From an uncultured Acidobacteriota bacterium (GTDB lineage: Bacteria; Acidobacteriota; Thermoanaerobaculia; Multivoradales; UBA5704), in NCBI GenBank assembly GCA_963732005.1, contig CAVSXT010000005.1, positions 2,057,315-2,121,314 on the forward strand: a DNA stretch of 64,000 nucleotides. The letters are read 5' to 3'. Every line of letters begins with the position of its first letter. Position 1 is the first letter of the stretch. A program made the position numbers and the translations under genes. This document shows, one piece after another, positions 17,615 to 26,996 of this stretch. The notes under the pieces were generated by a model, which did not search any database, was not told the DNA's origin, and was given only the letters and a program-made list of their open reading frames with translations.

Positions 17615-18825
17615 CAGCACACCTCCTCGAGGACGAAGGCGCTGTAAAAGAAAGCGCGGTCGTGCGCGAACAGCTCGGCGGCCTCGGCGTCGAGCGCGCG
17701 CACCCGCGGCACCCGCGGCGCCGCCGCCGCCGCCGGCGACGCAGCGGGCGCCGGCGGCGGGCAGCGGCGCGGCACCAGCATGTTCCAGTAGGCCAGGCGG
17801 GCGCCGGGGTTGGCGGCGGCCAGCAGGCCACGGAAGATGCGGGCGCAGGCCGGCGGATCGAGGTACTCGAAGATGTCCGACAGGTTGAAGCCGTCGAAGC
17901 CGCCGCCGCCGGCCGCGACGATCGCGGCGCCAACCTCGTCGATGGCTCCCAGGTGCAGCGCCAGCGCTTCCGGCCGGCTGTCGAGGCGCGCCCGCAACCG
18001 CGCCCAGACCTCGGGGCGCAGGTAGTGCGGCAGGGCGGTGTCGAAGCCGCCGGTCAGGATGTAGCGCACGTAGGGGTTGTCGGCGATCGGCAGCACGGTG
18101 AGCGCGTAGCGGGCGCGCCCCAGGATGCGCTCGGCCACCGAGCCCTCGACGTAGCGGAAGAACTCCGGATCGCGGCCCAGCCTGCCCATCGCCGCGCGGC
18201 TGAAGAAGAGGCGGAAGAGCAGCCGCCAGCGCCAGGTGTCCCAGCGCCGGCGGTAGAAGTCTGCCCGCCCGGCGGCGTCGCGCGGCGCCAGCAGCTCGCC
18301 GACGGTGCGGCGGCCATGGACGAGCGGCAGGACGCGGCGCCGGAAGAGGCCGAAGTAGTGCTCGAACTTGCCCCAGTGGATGACCCCGCCGGCCACCGCC
18401 GCGGCGTTGCGGTGCCAGTAGTCGCGGGTCTCCGGCGACAGCTCGCCGCCGAGGTCCGCGAGCGTCGCCAGCCGGTCCCGCTCCGGAACCGCCGGCCGCA
18501 CGCCGAGGAAGCCAAGCAGCGCCGCGTAGGGCAGGCGCCGGATCGCGGCGCGCTTGAGCTCGGCGAGCGCCAGCTGCGCCGGCGACAGGTCGACGGCCAC
18601 CACGTCGGCGCCCGCCGCCACCAGCGACAGGCAGTTGTCCCCGGCCGAGGCGATCCCCAGGATGCGCGCGCCCGGCCGCGGTCGCAGGGCGGCCACCAGG
18701 ACGTCCGCGTCCTCCCAGCAGTTGGCGTAGCGGACGAAGTCGAAGCGGGCCCGGTCCGCGATCCGGTCGGCGGGCGGCGCCGGATCGCCGTGAGCCTGGG
18801 CCGGCGCCGGCCGTTCGGGGTTCAT
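17614..18825 (-). CDS. DUF3419 / BtaA-like S-adenosylmethionine:diacylglycerol 3-amino-3-carboxypropyltransferase family protein
   Basis: FDFVRYANCWEDADVL...ILGIASAGDNCLSL is characteristic of DUF3419 (BtaA). ATG verified at the complement of 18823-18825. Confidence 0.7.
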   Translation of the reverse strand: MNPERPAPAQAHGDPAPPADRIADRARFDFVRYANCWEDADVLVAALRPRPGARILGIASAGDNCLSLVAAGADVVAVDLSPAQLALAELKRAAIRRLPYAALLGFLGVRPAVPERDRLATLADLGGELSPETRDYWHRNAAAVAGGVIHWGKFEHYFGLFRRRVLPLVHGRRTVGELLAPRDAAGRADFYRRRWDTWRWRLLFRLFFSRAAMGRLGRDPEFFRYVEGSVAERILGRARYALTVLPIADNPYVRYILTGGFDTALPHYLRPEVWARLRARLDSRPEALALHLGAIDEVGAAIVAAGGGGFDGFNLSDIFEYLDPPACARIFRGLLAAANPGARLAYWNMLVPRRCPPPAPAASPAAAAAPRVPRVRALDAEAAELFAHDRAFFYSAFVLEEVC

Positions 18826-18893
18826 GCCGGCATCATATCGACCCGCCGCTGAAGCCTTGCGCGATATACTTGAGGAAACGAGGAGAACCCTGG

Positions 18894-19526
18894 ATGAGCG
18901 ACCAAGGGCCGCAGGCCGCGGCGGAGCCCGGCAGCCTGCAGCTGGATCACGCCGAGTTCGCCGACGGGCAGCCGCAGCGCTGCGCCGTCTGCGGCCAGGC
19001 GCTGGCCGGCAGCTATTACGAGGTCGCCGGCCGCGTCTGCTGCGCGGCCTGCCACCAGCGGCTGGTCGGGGCCTTCGAGCGGCGGCCGGGACCTGCCGGC
19101 TTCCTGCGCGCGGCGGGCGCCGGACTGGCCGCCGCGGTGGTGGGGGCAGGGGTCTACTTCGGCGTCTCGGCGCTCACCGGGTATCACTTCGGCTTGATCT
19201 CGATCCTGGTGGGCTTCCTGGTCGGCAAGGCGGTGCACTGGGGCTGCGGCGGCCACGGCGGCGGGCTGTACCAGGCGCTGGCCGTCGTCCTCACCTACCT
19301 GGCGATCGTCGGCACCTACGTGCCGGCGGTCTACGCCGCCTACCAGCGCGCCGACGTCCCGAGCGCGGTGCTGGTCGCCGCGACGCTGCCTCTCCGGGGC
19401 GGCGTCGGCATGCTCGGCCTGATCGTCATCGCCGTCGGGCTCTACGAGGCGTGGCAGCTGAACCGCCGGCCCCGGCTGCAGACCTCCGGCCCGCACGCGC
19501 TGACGCCGGCGGCCTGGCGGCGATGA
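18894..19526 (+). CDS. Zinc-ribbon-containing membrane protein
   Basis: AGGAG followed by ATG at 18894. Contains CAVCGQ...CCAAC (CxxC...CxxC) followed by about 4 hydrophobic helices. The stop overlaps the next ATG (ATGA). Confidence 0.55.
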   Translation: MSDQGPQAAAEPGSLQLDHAEFADGQPQRCAVCGQALAGSYYEVAGRVCCAACHQRLVGAFERRPGPAGFLRAAGAGLAAAVVGAGVYFGVSALTGYHFGLISILVGFLVGKAVHWGCGGHGGGLYQALAVVLTYLAIVGTYVPAVYAAYQRADVPSAVLVAATLPLRGGVGMLGLIVIAVGLYEAWQLNRRPRLQTSGPHALTPAAWRR

Positions 19527-20551
19527 CCTGCGCCTGCGGCACCGAGGTGGCGCCGGCGCTGCTCGCCTGCCCCTCCTGCCATGCCCTGGTCCATGCCGCC
19601 GTGCTCAAGGGGCTGGCGTCGTCGGCCGAGGCCGCCGGCCGGAACGGCGATCCCGTCGCGGAGCTCGCCAGCTGGCGGCGGGCGCTGGAGCTGCTGCCTC
19701 CGGGGTCGAGGCAGGCGACACAGGTCGGGGCCAAGGTCGCCGCGCTGAGCGAGGCCGCCGCGATGGGGGGCCGGCCGGCCGCCGGCGCCGGTGCCGGCGC
19801 CGGCGCGCCCGCGGGCGGCGAGGCCGGAGACGGCGCGCGGCGGCGCTCCTGGAGCCTCCGCGGCGGCCTCGCGACCGGCCTCGCCTTCCTGGCGACCAAG
19901 GCCAAGCTGCTGCTGCTCGGGCTCACCAAGGCGGGGACGCTGCTCTCCATGCTGCTGACGGTGGGCGTCTACTGGACCATCTTCGGCTGGTGGTTCGCGG
20001 TGCTGGTGGTGCTGTCGATCTACGTGCACGAGATGGGGCACGTGGCGGCGCTGCGCCGCTTCGGCATCCAGGCCAGCGCGCCGATGTTCGTGCCCGGCCT
20101 GGGGGCGCTGATCCGCCTGCGCCAGCATCCGGCCAACCCGCGCGAGGACGCGCGAATCGGCCTGGCCGGCCCCATCTGGGGCCTCGGCGCCGCGGTCGTC
20201 GCCTACGCCGGCTTCCTGCTCGGCTGGGGACCGCTGTGGGCCGCCGTCGCGCGCTTCGGCGCCTGGGTCAACCTGTTCAACCTGCTGCCGGTCTGGCAGC
20301 TCGACGGCGGCCGGGCTTTCCGCGCGCTGTCGCGCCGGCAGCGCCTGGCGGCGGCGGCGGTGCTGGCCGGGCTGTGGGCGCTGAGCCGCGAGGGCCTGCT
20401 GCTGCTGCTGCTGATCGCGGCCGCGGTCCAGGCCTTCCGCCGCGACGCCCCGGAAACCGAGGACCCCATCGCGCTCGGCCAGTACGCCGGCCTCGCCGCC
20501 GCCCTGACGCTGCTCTGCCAGCTGCACGTCCCCCTCGCCGGCCCAAGGTAG
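19523..20551 (+). CDS. M50 family (site-2 protease-like) zinc metalloprotease with an N-terminal Zn-ribbon
   Basis: HEMGH (HExxH) and the LLPVWQLDGG motif. N-terminal CACG...CPSC. Confidence 0.75.
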   Translation: MTCACGTEVAPALLACPSCHALVHAAVLKGLASSAEAAGRNGDPVAELASWRRALELLPPGSRQATQVGAKVAALSEAAAMGGRPAAGAGAGAGAPAGGEAGDGARRRSWSLRGGLATGLAFLATKAKLLLLGLTKAGTLLSMLLTVGVYWTIFGWWFAVLVVLSIYVHEMGHVAALRRFGIQASAPMFVPGLGALIRLRQHPANPREDARIGLAGPIWGLGAAVVAYAGFLLGWGPLWAAVARFGAWVNLFNLLPVWQLDGGRAFRALSRRQRLAAAAVLAGLWALSREGLLLLLLIAAAVQAFRRDAPETEDPIALGQYAGLAAALTLLCQLHVPLAGPR

Positions 20552-20566
20552 CGCCGCCCGGCGGCC

Positions 20567-20614
20567 GCGGCGCTTCATGGCCGCGGTGCTTCACGGTCGC
20601 GGCGCTTCGCCAAC
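20567..20614. repeat. Three tandem copies of an approximately 16-bp unit (CCGCGGYGCTTCAYGG) between convergent genes
   Basis: ccgcggcgcttcatgg / ccgcggtgcttcacgg / tcgcggcgcttcgcca, read directly. Confidence 0.5.
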
Positions 20615-20618
20615 CTCC

Positions 20619-21695
20619 TCAGCGCGGCGGCGGCGCCAGCCGGGTGCTCTCGTCGCAGCCGCGGTCGTAGCCCAGGGCGCACGCCCGGCGGTACAGGGCG
20701 AGGGCGCGGGCCGGATCCTGGGGCACGCCGCGGCCATCGTCGTAGAGCGCCGCCGCGGCGAAGCAGCTCGGCGCATCGTGCCGCTCGCAGGCCCGGCGGT
20801 AGAGGGCCAGGGCGGCGGCGGGTTCGGCGGCGGGGACGCCGTGGCCCTGCTCGAGCGCCGCGGCGAGGTCGGCGCAGGCCTGAACGGCTCCCAGGTCGCA
20901 GGCCCGGCGGTAGAGCGCGGCGGCGCGCGTGGCGTCCGCGGGCATGCCGGCACCGTCGGCGTAGGCGGTCGCCAGCTGGTGGCAGCCCTGCGGGTCGCCG
21001 CCGTCGCAGGCCCGGGCATAGAGCGCCCGCGCCCGCGGCTCGTCGCGAGGCACTCCTTCCCCCGCCGCACAGAGGTCGCCGAGGTGGCCGCAGGCTCGCG
21101 CCTCGCCGCCGTCGCAAGCGGTGGCGAGGAGACCCGCGGCGCGGACGGGATCGTGCTCAATGTCGGCGTCGGCGTCGGCGTCGGCGCCGACGGCATACAG
21201 GGCGCCCAGCTCGCCGCAGCCGGCCGGGTCGCCGGCGTCGCAGGCCTGGGCGTAGTGCCCGGCGGCGGCCGCCGCATCCCGCGGCACGCCCAGGCCGGTG
21301 GACTCGACGACCGCGAGGTCGAAGCAACCGAGCGCCGAACCGCCGGCACAGGCCCGCCGGTAGAGCGCCGCGGCGGCCACGAGGTCGGCCGGCAGTCCCT
21401 CGCCCGAGCCGGTCATGACGCCCAGCTGGGTGCAGGCCCCGGCGTCGCCGCCGGCGCATGCCGCCCGGTACGCCGCGGCCGCCCGCCGGGGCGACGACTC
21501 GGCCGCCGTCCGGGCCGGCGCCGCCGGCGTGCCGGCGCAGGCCGCTACCGTCGCCAGCAGCGCCACCGTTGCCAACAGCGCCACCGTCGCCAACGTCGCC
21601 ACCAGCGCGGACCGCGCCGCCGGCTGCCGGCGAGCGCCTCGGGGCGAGCGCCGCGCGCGGGCCGGCGGCGCTGCTGAAGACGCTTCCGAGGACAC
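20619..21695 (-). CDS. Sel1-like repeat (SLR/TPR-like) lipoprotein
   Basis: Multiple repeats of A..LYRRAC.GG...GC..LG..Y..G.GVP.D. A hydrophobic segment with a lipobox-like LATVAACAG. The start is uncertain (GTG at the complement of 21693-21695 chosen; the ORF is open up to 22136). Confidence 0.6.
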   Translation of the reverse strand: MSSEASSAAPPARARRSPRGARRQPAARSALVATLATVALLATVALLATVAACAGTPAAPARTAAESSPRRAAAAYRAACAGGDAGACTQLGVMTGSGEGLPADLVAAAALYRRACAGGSALGCFDLAVVESTGLGVPRDAAAAAGHYAQACDAGDPAGCGELGALYAVGADADADADIEHDPVRAAGLLATACDGGEARACGHLGDLCAAGEGVPRDEPRARALYARACDGGDPQGCHQLATAYADGAGMPADATRAAALYRRACDLGAVQACADLAAALEQGHGVPAAEPAAALALYRRACERHDAPSCFAAAALYDDGRGVPQDPARALALYRRACALGYDRGCDESTRLAPPPR

Positions 21696-21733
21696 GCCGG
21701 AGGACCTTCGAGGGCGCCGAGCCGCGGCCGGCC

Positions 21734-23095
21734 TCAGGGGACGAAATGGTTCGCGGCGCAGGCGTCGTCCAGCCGGTAGGCGTCCAGGGCCACCGCGAAA
21801 TGGAGGTTGGAAGATTGGGTGGTGATCACCCATGCCTGCTCGGCCGCCGGGTCGGCCTTCGGATTGCCGCCGGCGCTGGTGCCGTTGAGGTCGATGTAGA
21901 ACCAGCCGAACGCGAACGGGACCGGGAGCTGCGCGCTCGACACCGGGGTCCGCTGCGTCGCCGCCGGGAACGGCAGGAAGGGAGGCACCGGCGGCATCGG
22001 CGATGGCGGACACGGCAGAGGCGGGTTGCAGGTGCCGTTGCCGGTTACCACGGCGTGCTCCTGCTCGTCGAACATGACGAAGCCCTCCTGCCCTAGCGGG
22101 AACCATGCCGGACTCACGCCCGGCTGCGCCGGACACGCGAAGGGCTGCTGCATCACCTTGCTGTCGCGCCAGACCAGGAGGTCCGTGCCGCCGTTGAAGC
22201 CGCCGCCGGTCGCGAACTGCGCCGCGAAGGTCGTCGCCAGGGGCTCGCGGTGGTCGACCGCCGTCCAGCCGTCGAAGCGGCCGTAGAAGGTGTAGCGCCC
22301 CGGAGTGGAGGTCGCCGGGTTGCTGCCGTCGGCTTCGATCGCCACCATGTCGGAGCCTTCGGCGAAGCCCTTGGTAGCGTTGACGATGTACCAGCTGCCC
22401 CAGAGCACGTTCTGGTCCGTCACGACGCCGGCGTTGTTGGGCGCGAAGTAGCCGATGTCGCCAGGGTAGTCGGTGGAGCAGCGGCTCACCGTGTCGACGG
22501 TGACGTAGCCGCGCGCGATGTTGTCGCCGTAGAGCAGGCCCGCGCAGAGATTCGCGAGGACGGGCGAGGGCAGGCCGCTCAGGGCATGCTGCAGGTGGGT
22601 CAGGTAGATGGCGGGCAGGGGAGGGAGCGGCAGGAAGCCGTCGCAGCTGGCGAAGTCGATGTCCTGGGAGAGCCCACCCCGCGGGCTGATGGTGTCGGTC
22701 GGATCCTGGCCGGCGGAGGCGGTGCGCGGCAGGTTGCCGGAGATGACGATGTCGCGGAGATTGATGGTCTGGACGTCGAAACCGGTGAGATAGACGTCGA
22801 AGGCGAGCACCGGCACGTCCAGGTCCGTCCAGAGGACGACATGGGTGAGGACGGCGGCCGCGGCGGCGTTGTTGATCGAGAACAGGGTGGTCAAGCCGTT
22901 CGGGTCGTTGAGGTCCACCTCGAAATAGGGCAGCAGCAGGGTCGCGCCCGGGCTGGTGTCGGTGGCGCAGATCGTGGCCGACGCCGGAGCGAGGGCGCCG
23001 GACAGCAAAGCCAGCGCCGCCGCCGTCGCCAGCCAGGCAACGCGGCGCGACCGGGACGGTAGTGGCGAGACGGGCACTTGCGAGGTGGGCGGCAT
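21734..23095 (-). CDS. Secreted hypothetical protein
   Basis: Signal-peptide-like N-terminus (RRVAWLATAAALALLSGALAPASA). No family recognised. Confidence 0.55.
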   Translation of the reverse strand: MPPTSQVPVSPLPSRSRRVAWLATAAALALLSGALAPASATICATDTSPGATLLLPYFEVDLNDPNGLTTLFSINNAAAAAVLTHVVLWTDLDVPVLAFDVYLTGFDVQTINLRDIVISGNLPRTASAGQDPTDTISPRGGLSQDIDFASCDGFLPLPPLPAIYLTHLQHALSGLPSPVLANLCAGLLYGDNIARGYVTVDTVSRCSTDYPGDIGYFAPNNAGVVTDQNVLWGSWYIVNATKGFAEGSDMVAIEADGSNPATSTPGRYTFYGRFDGWTAVDHREPLATTFAAQFATGGGFNGGTDLLVWRDSKVMQQPFACPAQPGVSPAWFPLGQEGFVMFDEQEHAVVTGNGTCNPPLPCPPSPMPPVPPFLPFPAATQRTPVSSAQLPVPFAFGWFYIDLNGTSAGGNPKADPAAEQAWVITTQSSNLHFAVALDAYRLDDACAANHFVP

Positions 23096-23312
23096 GCGGT
23101 CCTCCAGCGAGTACGATGTCCGACTACACGGAGTGCTGAGCCGCTGTAAATGCTATTACAGCATTGGCGACCGGTCAAGAACGGCGGGCTCGTGGGAATT
23201 TCCGAGGGCGCCACCGGCTCGTGCGTCACCGGGCGCGCCGGCTTGCCGCAACCTGCTATGAAGAGTGCCCCAGGCGCCGGAGCTCGGCGCCGGGCTGGAG
23301 GAGAGAACGCCG

Positions 23313-24365
23313 ATGCCGATCGACCAGCAGCGATTCCCCGTTTCCACCGCCGCCGCCGCCGCCGCCGCTCCCGTCGCCACCGCCACCGCCGGCTGGCGCG
23401 CCGCCGCTCCCGTCGCCACCGCCACCGCCGGCTGGCGCGCCGCCGCCGGCGTGCTGCTGCTGCTGGCGCTGCTGTCGCTCGGCGCCGCACCCGGCGAGAC
23501 CGCCGCTCCGGCCCGGCGCGGCACGGCAGGCGGAGCGGGCAATGCCCCCGCGGGTTTCGAGATCGCGCAAGAGGCCCGCTTCAGCGAGCAGCGCAACGCC
23601 GGCGGCGGCTGGGATCGCCTGGTGGTGGAACCGGGCTTCCAGGTCACGCGCGTGGCGCTGACGCCCAAGCATCCGATCGATCTGCTGGTGATCCAGCGCC
23701 TGCAGAGCCTCTCGCATTCCGACGCCGAGAGCGAGGAATCGACCCTGACGGTGAGTGGCTGGATCGACGGCGCGTCGCGCTTCGATCGTCGCCTGTGGAG
23801 TTTCACCGACGCGGCGGACGAGGGCGGCATCCCGCGCGATCGCGAGCTCTACGAGGCGACCAAGCTGGGGTGCTGCGGCGGCGAGGACGTGCACGACTAC
23901 TACAGCCTGGTCAGCGGCCGGCTGGTGGGCACCGCGACCGCCGAGGCCGCCGCGAACATCGCCATTCCCAACACGCCGACCTGGCGGATCGTGGCCTACC
24001 AGGGGGCCAACGGCCAGCGGCCGCCGCAGACGCCGGCGCCGATCGCCAACCTGCTGGGGGTCCTGACCCTGGGCTCCGACGACGGGGTGCGCCGGCGGGT
24101 CGCGGTCACCGCGCCGGGCATCGATGCCTGGACGCCGCGCCTCGCCCTGCGCCTGACCGGCAAGAGCGAGGAGACCACCCGCCTGGACCTGTGGGCCGCC
24201 AACGCGAACCCGTCGGCGGCCGGCATCAAGGGGTGCGAGGTGCGGCTGGTCTTCGAGGACACCAAGACCCTCGTCGTCCCGATCGCGGCGGACGACTTCG
24301 ATCTCGCCCACGCCGTCCTGCCGGCGGGCTTCCAGCTCGCGCGGCTCGACGGCGCGGGCCGCTGA
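23313..24365 (+). CDS. Secreted hypothetical protein containing a recent 13-aa tandem duplication
   Basis: GGAGGAGAG followed by ATG at 23313. Hydrophobic signal-like segment after an Ala-rich repeat region. No family recognised. Confidence 0.5.
   Translation: MPIDQQRFPVSTAAAAAAAPVATATAGWRAAAPVATATAGWRAAAGVLLLLALLSLGAAPGETAAPARRGTAGGAGNAPAGFEIAQEARFSEQRNAGGGWDRLVVEPGFQVTRVALTPKHPIDLLVIQRLQSLSHSDAESEESTLTVSGWIDGASRFDRRLWSFTDAADEGGIPRDRELYEATKLGCCGGEDVHDYYSLVSGRLVGTATAEAAANIAIPNTPTWRIVAYQGANGQRPPQTPAPIANLLGVLTLGSDDGVRRRVAVTAPGIDAWTPRLALRLTGKSEETTRLDLWAANANPSAAGIKGCEVRLVFEDTKTLVVPIAADDFDLAHAVLPAGFQLARLDGAGR
23367..23444. repeat. Perfect 39-bp tandem duplication (2 copies)
   Basis: gctcccgtcgccaccgccaccgccggctggcgcgccgcc occurs twice back to back, giving AAPVATATAGWRA twice in the protein. 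Confidence 0.9.
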
Positions 24366-24408
24366 CGGCTGCGACGGTCCGCCCGATCGCATCGTACATA
24401 ATGAATGC

Positions 24409-25722
24409 ATGCGCCGGCGCGGCCACTTCGCGCGGCTGCTGGTAGCCGCATTCGGGCTGGCGGGGCTGGCCGGCTGCAGCCATGCGCAGGGCTCGCCGCC
24501 GGCAGCGGCCCCCCAGCCCGCGGACGGCGCGCTGGCGGTGCGGCGCGGCAGCCTGCGCCCGCAGCTGCTGCTCAGCGGCGAGATCCGGGCGGCGGCAGCC
24601 GTGCCGCTGGTGACGCCGGCGACGTCCGACTTCCAGCTGACGCTGACCTGGCTTGCCGAGGACGGCTCGACGGTCGCCGCCGGCCAGCCGGTGGCGCAGT
24701 TCGACAACTCCGCGTGGGTGGCGCAGATCGAGGAGAAGCGTTCCGCCGTCACCGCCGCCGTGGCCGAGCTGGCGCGGCTGCGGGCCGACGGCCTCGCCAA
24801 GCTGGCCGACCTGGCCTTCGCCGTCGAGCAGAAGCGCCACGACCTCGCCAAGGCGCGCACCGCCGCCGCGGTGCCGGCCGAGCTGCTGTCGGCGTTCGAC
24901 TACCAGGATTTGCAGCTGAAGCTAAAGAGCGCCGAGACCGAGCTGGCCAAGGCCGAGAAGGACCTGGCCACCGAGCGCGGCGCCGGCGCCGCCGACCTCG
25001 GCGTGCAGGAGGTGGCGCTGGCCAAGGCGCGCCGTGAGCTGGCAGCCGCCGAGTCCGGCGTCCGCGACCTCACCGTGCGGGCGCCGCAGGCGGGCACCGT
25101 GCTGATCGCCGACCACCCCTGGGAAGGCCGCAAGGTGCAGGTGAGCGACAACCTGTGGCCGGGCATGGCCGTGGCGACGCTGCCGGATCTGTCCTCGACG
25201 CTGGTGGAGGCGGCGCTCTCCGACGTCGACGACGGCCGGGTGACGCCGGGGATGGCGGCGGCCTGCATCGTCGACGCCTTCCCGGACGAGGTCTACGCCG
25301 GGCGCGTGGCCGAGGTCGCGGCGGTGGCCCGCGAGTCGGGCCGCAGCGCGCTGCTGCGCTACTTCCCGGTGCGCATCGCGCTGGCGCCGCTGCCGCTTTC
25401 CCGGCGCAGCCGGTTGCGCCCGGGCATGTCGGTGCGGGTCGAGATCGCCGCGGCGCCGGTGCGCGACGCGCTGCTGGTGCCGCGGGCGGCCCTCGACCTC
25501 GCGTCGCGGCCGCCGCGGGCGCTGCTGGCCGGCGGCGGCGCGGCGGCGGTGCGGCTGGGCCCCTGCGATTCCTTCTGGTGCGTCGCCGAGAGCGGCGTCG
25601 CGGCCGGCCAGGCCCTGCGGCGGCGCGGCGGCGGCGACACCGCCGACACCGCCGACACCGCCGATTCCTCCCATGCCGCCCATGCCTCCCATGCCTCAGA
25701 CACCGCGGGGGAGGGGCGATGA
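24409..25722 (+). CDS. HlyD-family periplasmic adaptor (membrane fusion protein) 1, lipoprotein-type signal
   Basis: LAGC lipobox, coiled-coil and beta-barrel segments typical of HlyD/MacA-like adaptors. C-terminal DTADTADTAD / SHAAHASHAS low-complexity tail. Confidence 0.8.
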   Translation: MRRRGHFARLLVAAFGLAGLAGCSHAQGSPPAAAPQPADGALAVRRGSLRPQLLLSGEIRAAAAVPLVTPATSDFQLTLTWLAEDGSTVAAGQPVAQFDNSAWVAQIEEKRSAVTAAVAELARLRADGLAKLADLAFAVEQKRHDLAKARTAAAVPAELLSAFDYQDLQLKLKSAETELAKAEKDLATERGAGAADLGVQEVALAKARRELAAAESGVRDLTVRAPQAGTVLIADHPWEGRKVQVSDNLWPGMAVATLPDLSSTLVEAALSDVDDGRVTPGMAAACIVDAFPDEVYAGRVAEVAAVARESGRSALLRYFPVRIALAPLPLSRRSRLRPGMSVRVEIAAAPVRDALLVPRAALDLASRPPRALLAGGGAAAVRLGPCDSFWCVAESGVAAGQALRRRGGGDTADTADTADSSHAAHASHASDTAGEGR

Positions 25723-26996
25723 CCGCCTTTGTTCGCGACGCCGCCGGGCGCCCGCGCCGGCCGGCGATGCCGATCGCGCTGGCGGCGGTCGCCGTCCTCG
25801 CCCTGGCCGGCGTCGCCGCCGTCGCGCTCGGCGCCCGCATGCAGCGGACGGCCCTGGCCGTCGGCGGCGAATGGGCCGAGGTGCATCGCGAGGACCTGGT
25901 GATCGCGGTGCCGGTGAGCGGCAGCCTCGCCGCCATCGACGCCGCCCGCCTGGGCCCGCCGGCGATTGGCGGCGACATCTTTCGCGTCAAGATCACCTTC
26001 ATGGCGCCGGAAGGCAGGACGGTGCGCCGCGGCCAGCCGGTGCTGGCGTTCGACCCCGCGGAGCTGCAGAAGAACCTGCAGGTCAAGGAGGCCGAGCGCG
26101 ACTCGGCCGAGGAGAAGCTGAAGCAGCGGCGCGCCACGCTCGACATCTCGCGCCGCGACGACGAGCTGAAGCTGGCCCAGGCGGCGGCCGACGAGCGCAA
26201 GGCGGCGCTGAAGCTCGCCGTGCCGCCCGAGCTCAAGCGGCGGCACGAGCTCGAGGACGCGCGTGCCGACCTCGAGCTGGCGCAGCACGAGAACGCCTAC
26301 TACCGCGAGCGCCTGCGCCTGACCGGCGGCGCCGGCGACGCCGAGCTGCGGGCACTCGCCGAGCAGCGCGACCTGGCGGCGGCGCGGGTCGCCGAGACGC
26401 GGACCGAGATCGCCAGCCTGCAGGTGGCCGCTCCCCGCGACGGCACGGTGGTCTACGTGGCGGACCGCAAGGGGGTGAAGAAGAAGGTGGGAGACTCGGT
26501 CTGGCGCCGGGAGGTGGTGCTCGAGATCCCCGACCTGCGGCGCCTGCAGGCCGAGGGCGAGATCGACGAAGGCGACGCCGGCCGCGTCGCCGCCGGCCAG
26601 GTGGTCACGCTGCGCCTCGACGCGCATCCCGAGACCGCCTTCACCGGCCGGGTGCGCACCCTGCTCGGCGCCGTCGAGGCCCGTTCGCCCGCCGACCCCG
26701 CCAAGGTGGCGAAGCTGAAGATCGGCCTGGACCGCACCGAGCCGCTGCTGATGCGGCCGGGCATGCGCTTCGCCGGCGACGTCGAGGTGCAGCGCGCGCC
26801 CGGGGCCCTGGTGGCGCCGCTCGACGCGGTGGTCAACCGCGCCGACGGACCGCTGGTCTATCGCCGGACCGGCTTCGGCAGCGAGGCGGTGCGGCCGCGG
26901 CTCGGCCGCCACAACGACCGCTGGGTGGAGGTGCTGGCCGGCCTCCGTGCCGGCGACCTGGTGCGGCGCGCCGGCGGGCCGCGGGAGGGCGGATGA
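25719..26996 (+). CDS. HlyD-family periplasmic adaptor 2
   Basis: ATGA overlap with adaptor 1. N-terminal TM anchor, long coiled coil (KNLQVKEAERDSAEEKLKQ...) and a conserved C-terminal beta domain. Confidence 0.8.
   Translation: MTAFVRDAAGRPRRPAMPIALAAVAVLALAGVAAVALGARMQRTALAVGGEWAEVHREDLVIAVPVSGSLAAIDAARLGPPAIGGDIFRVKITFMAPEGRTVRRGQPVLAFDPAELQKNLQVKEAERDSAEEKLKQRRATLDISRRDDELKLAQAAADERKAALKLAVPPELKRRHELEDARADLELAQHENAYYRERLRLTGGAGDAELRALAEQRDLAAARVAETRTEIASLQVAAPRDGTVVYVADRKGVKKKVGDSVWRREVVLEIPDLRRLQAEGEIDEGDAGRVAAGQVVTLRLDAHPETAFTGRVRTLLGAVEARSPADPAKVAKLKIGLDRTEPLLMRPGMRFAGDVEVQRAPGALVAPLDAVVNRADGPLVYRRTGFGSEAVRPRLGRHNDRWVEVLAGLRAGDLVRRAGGPREGG

Noticed and set aside
23256-24860. 534-aa minus-strand ORF
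   Set aside because: It is antisense to the secreted-protein gene and HlyD adaptor 1, and is Gly/Arg/Ala-rich with no motifs.
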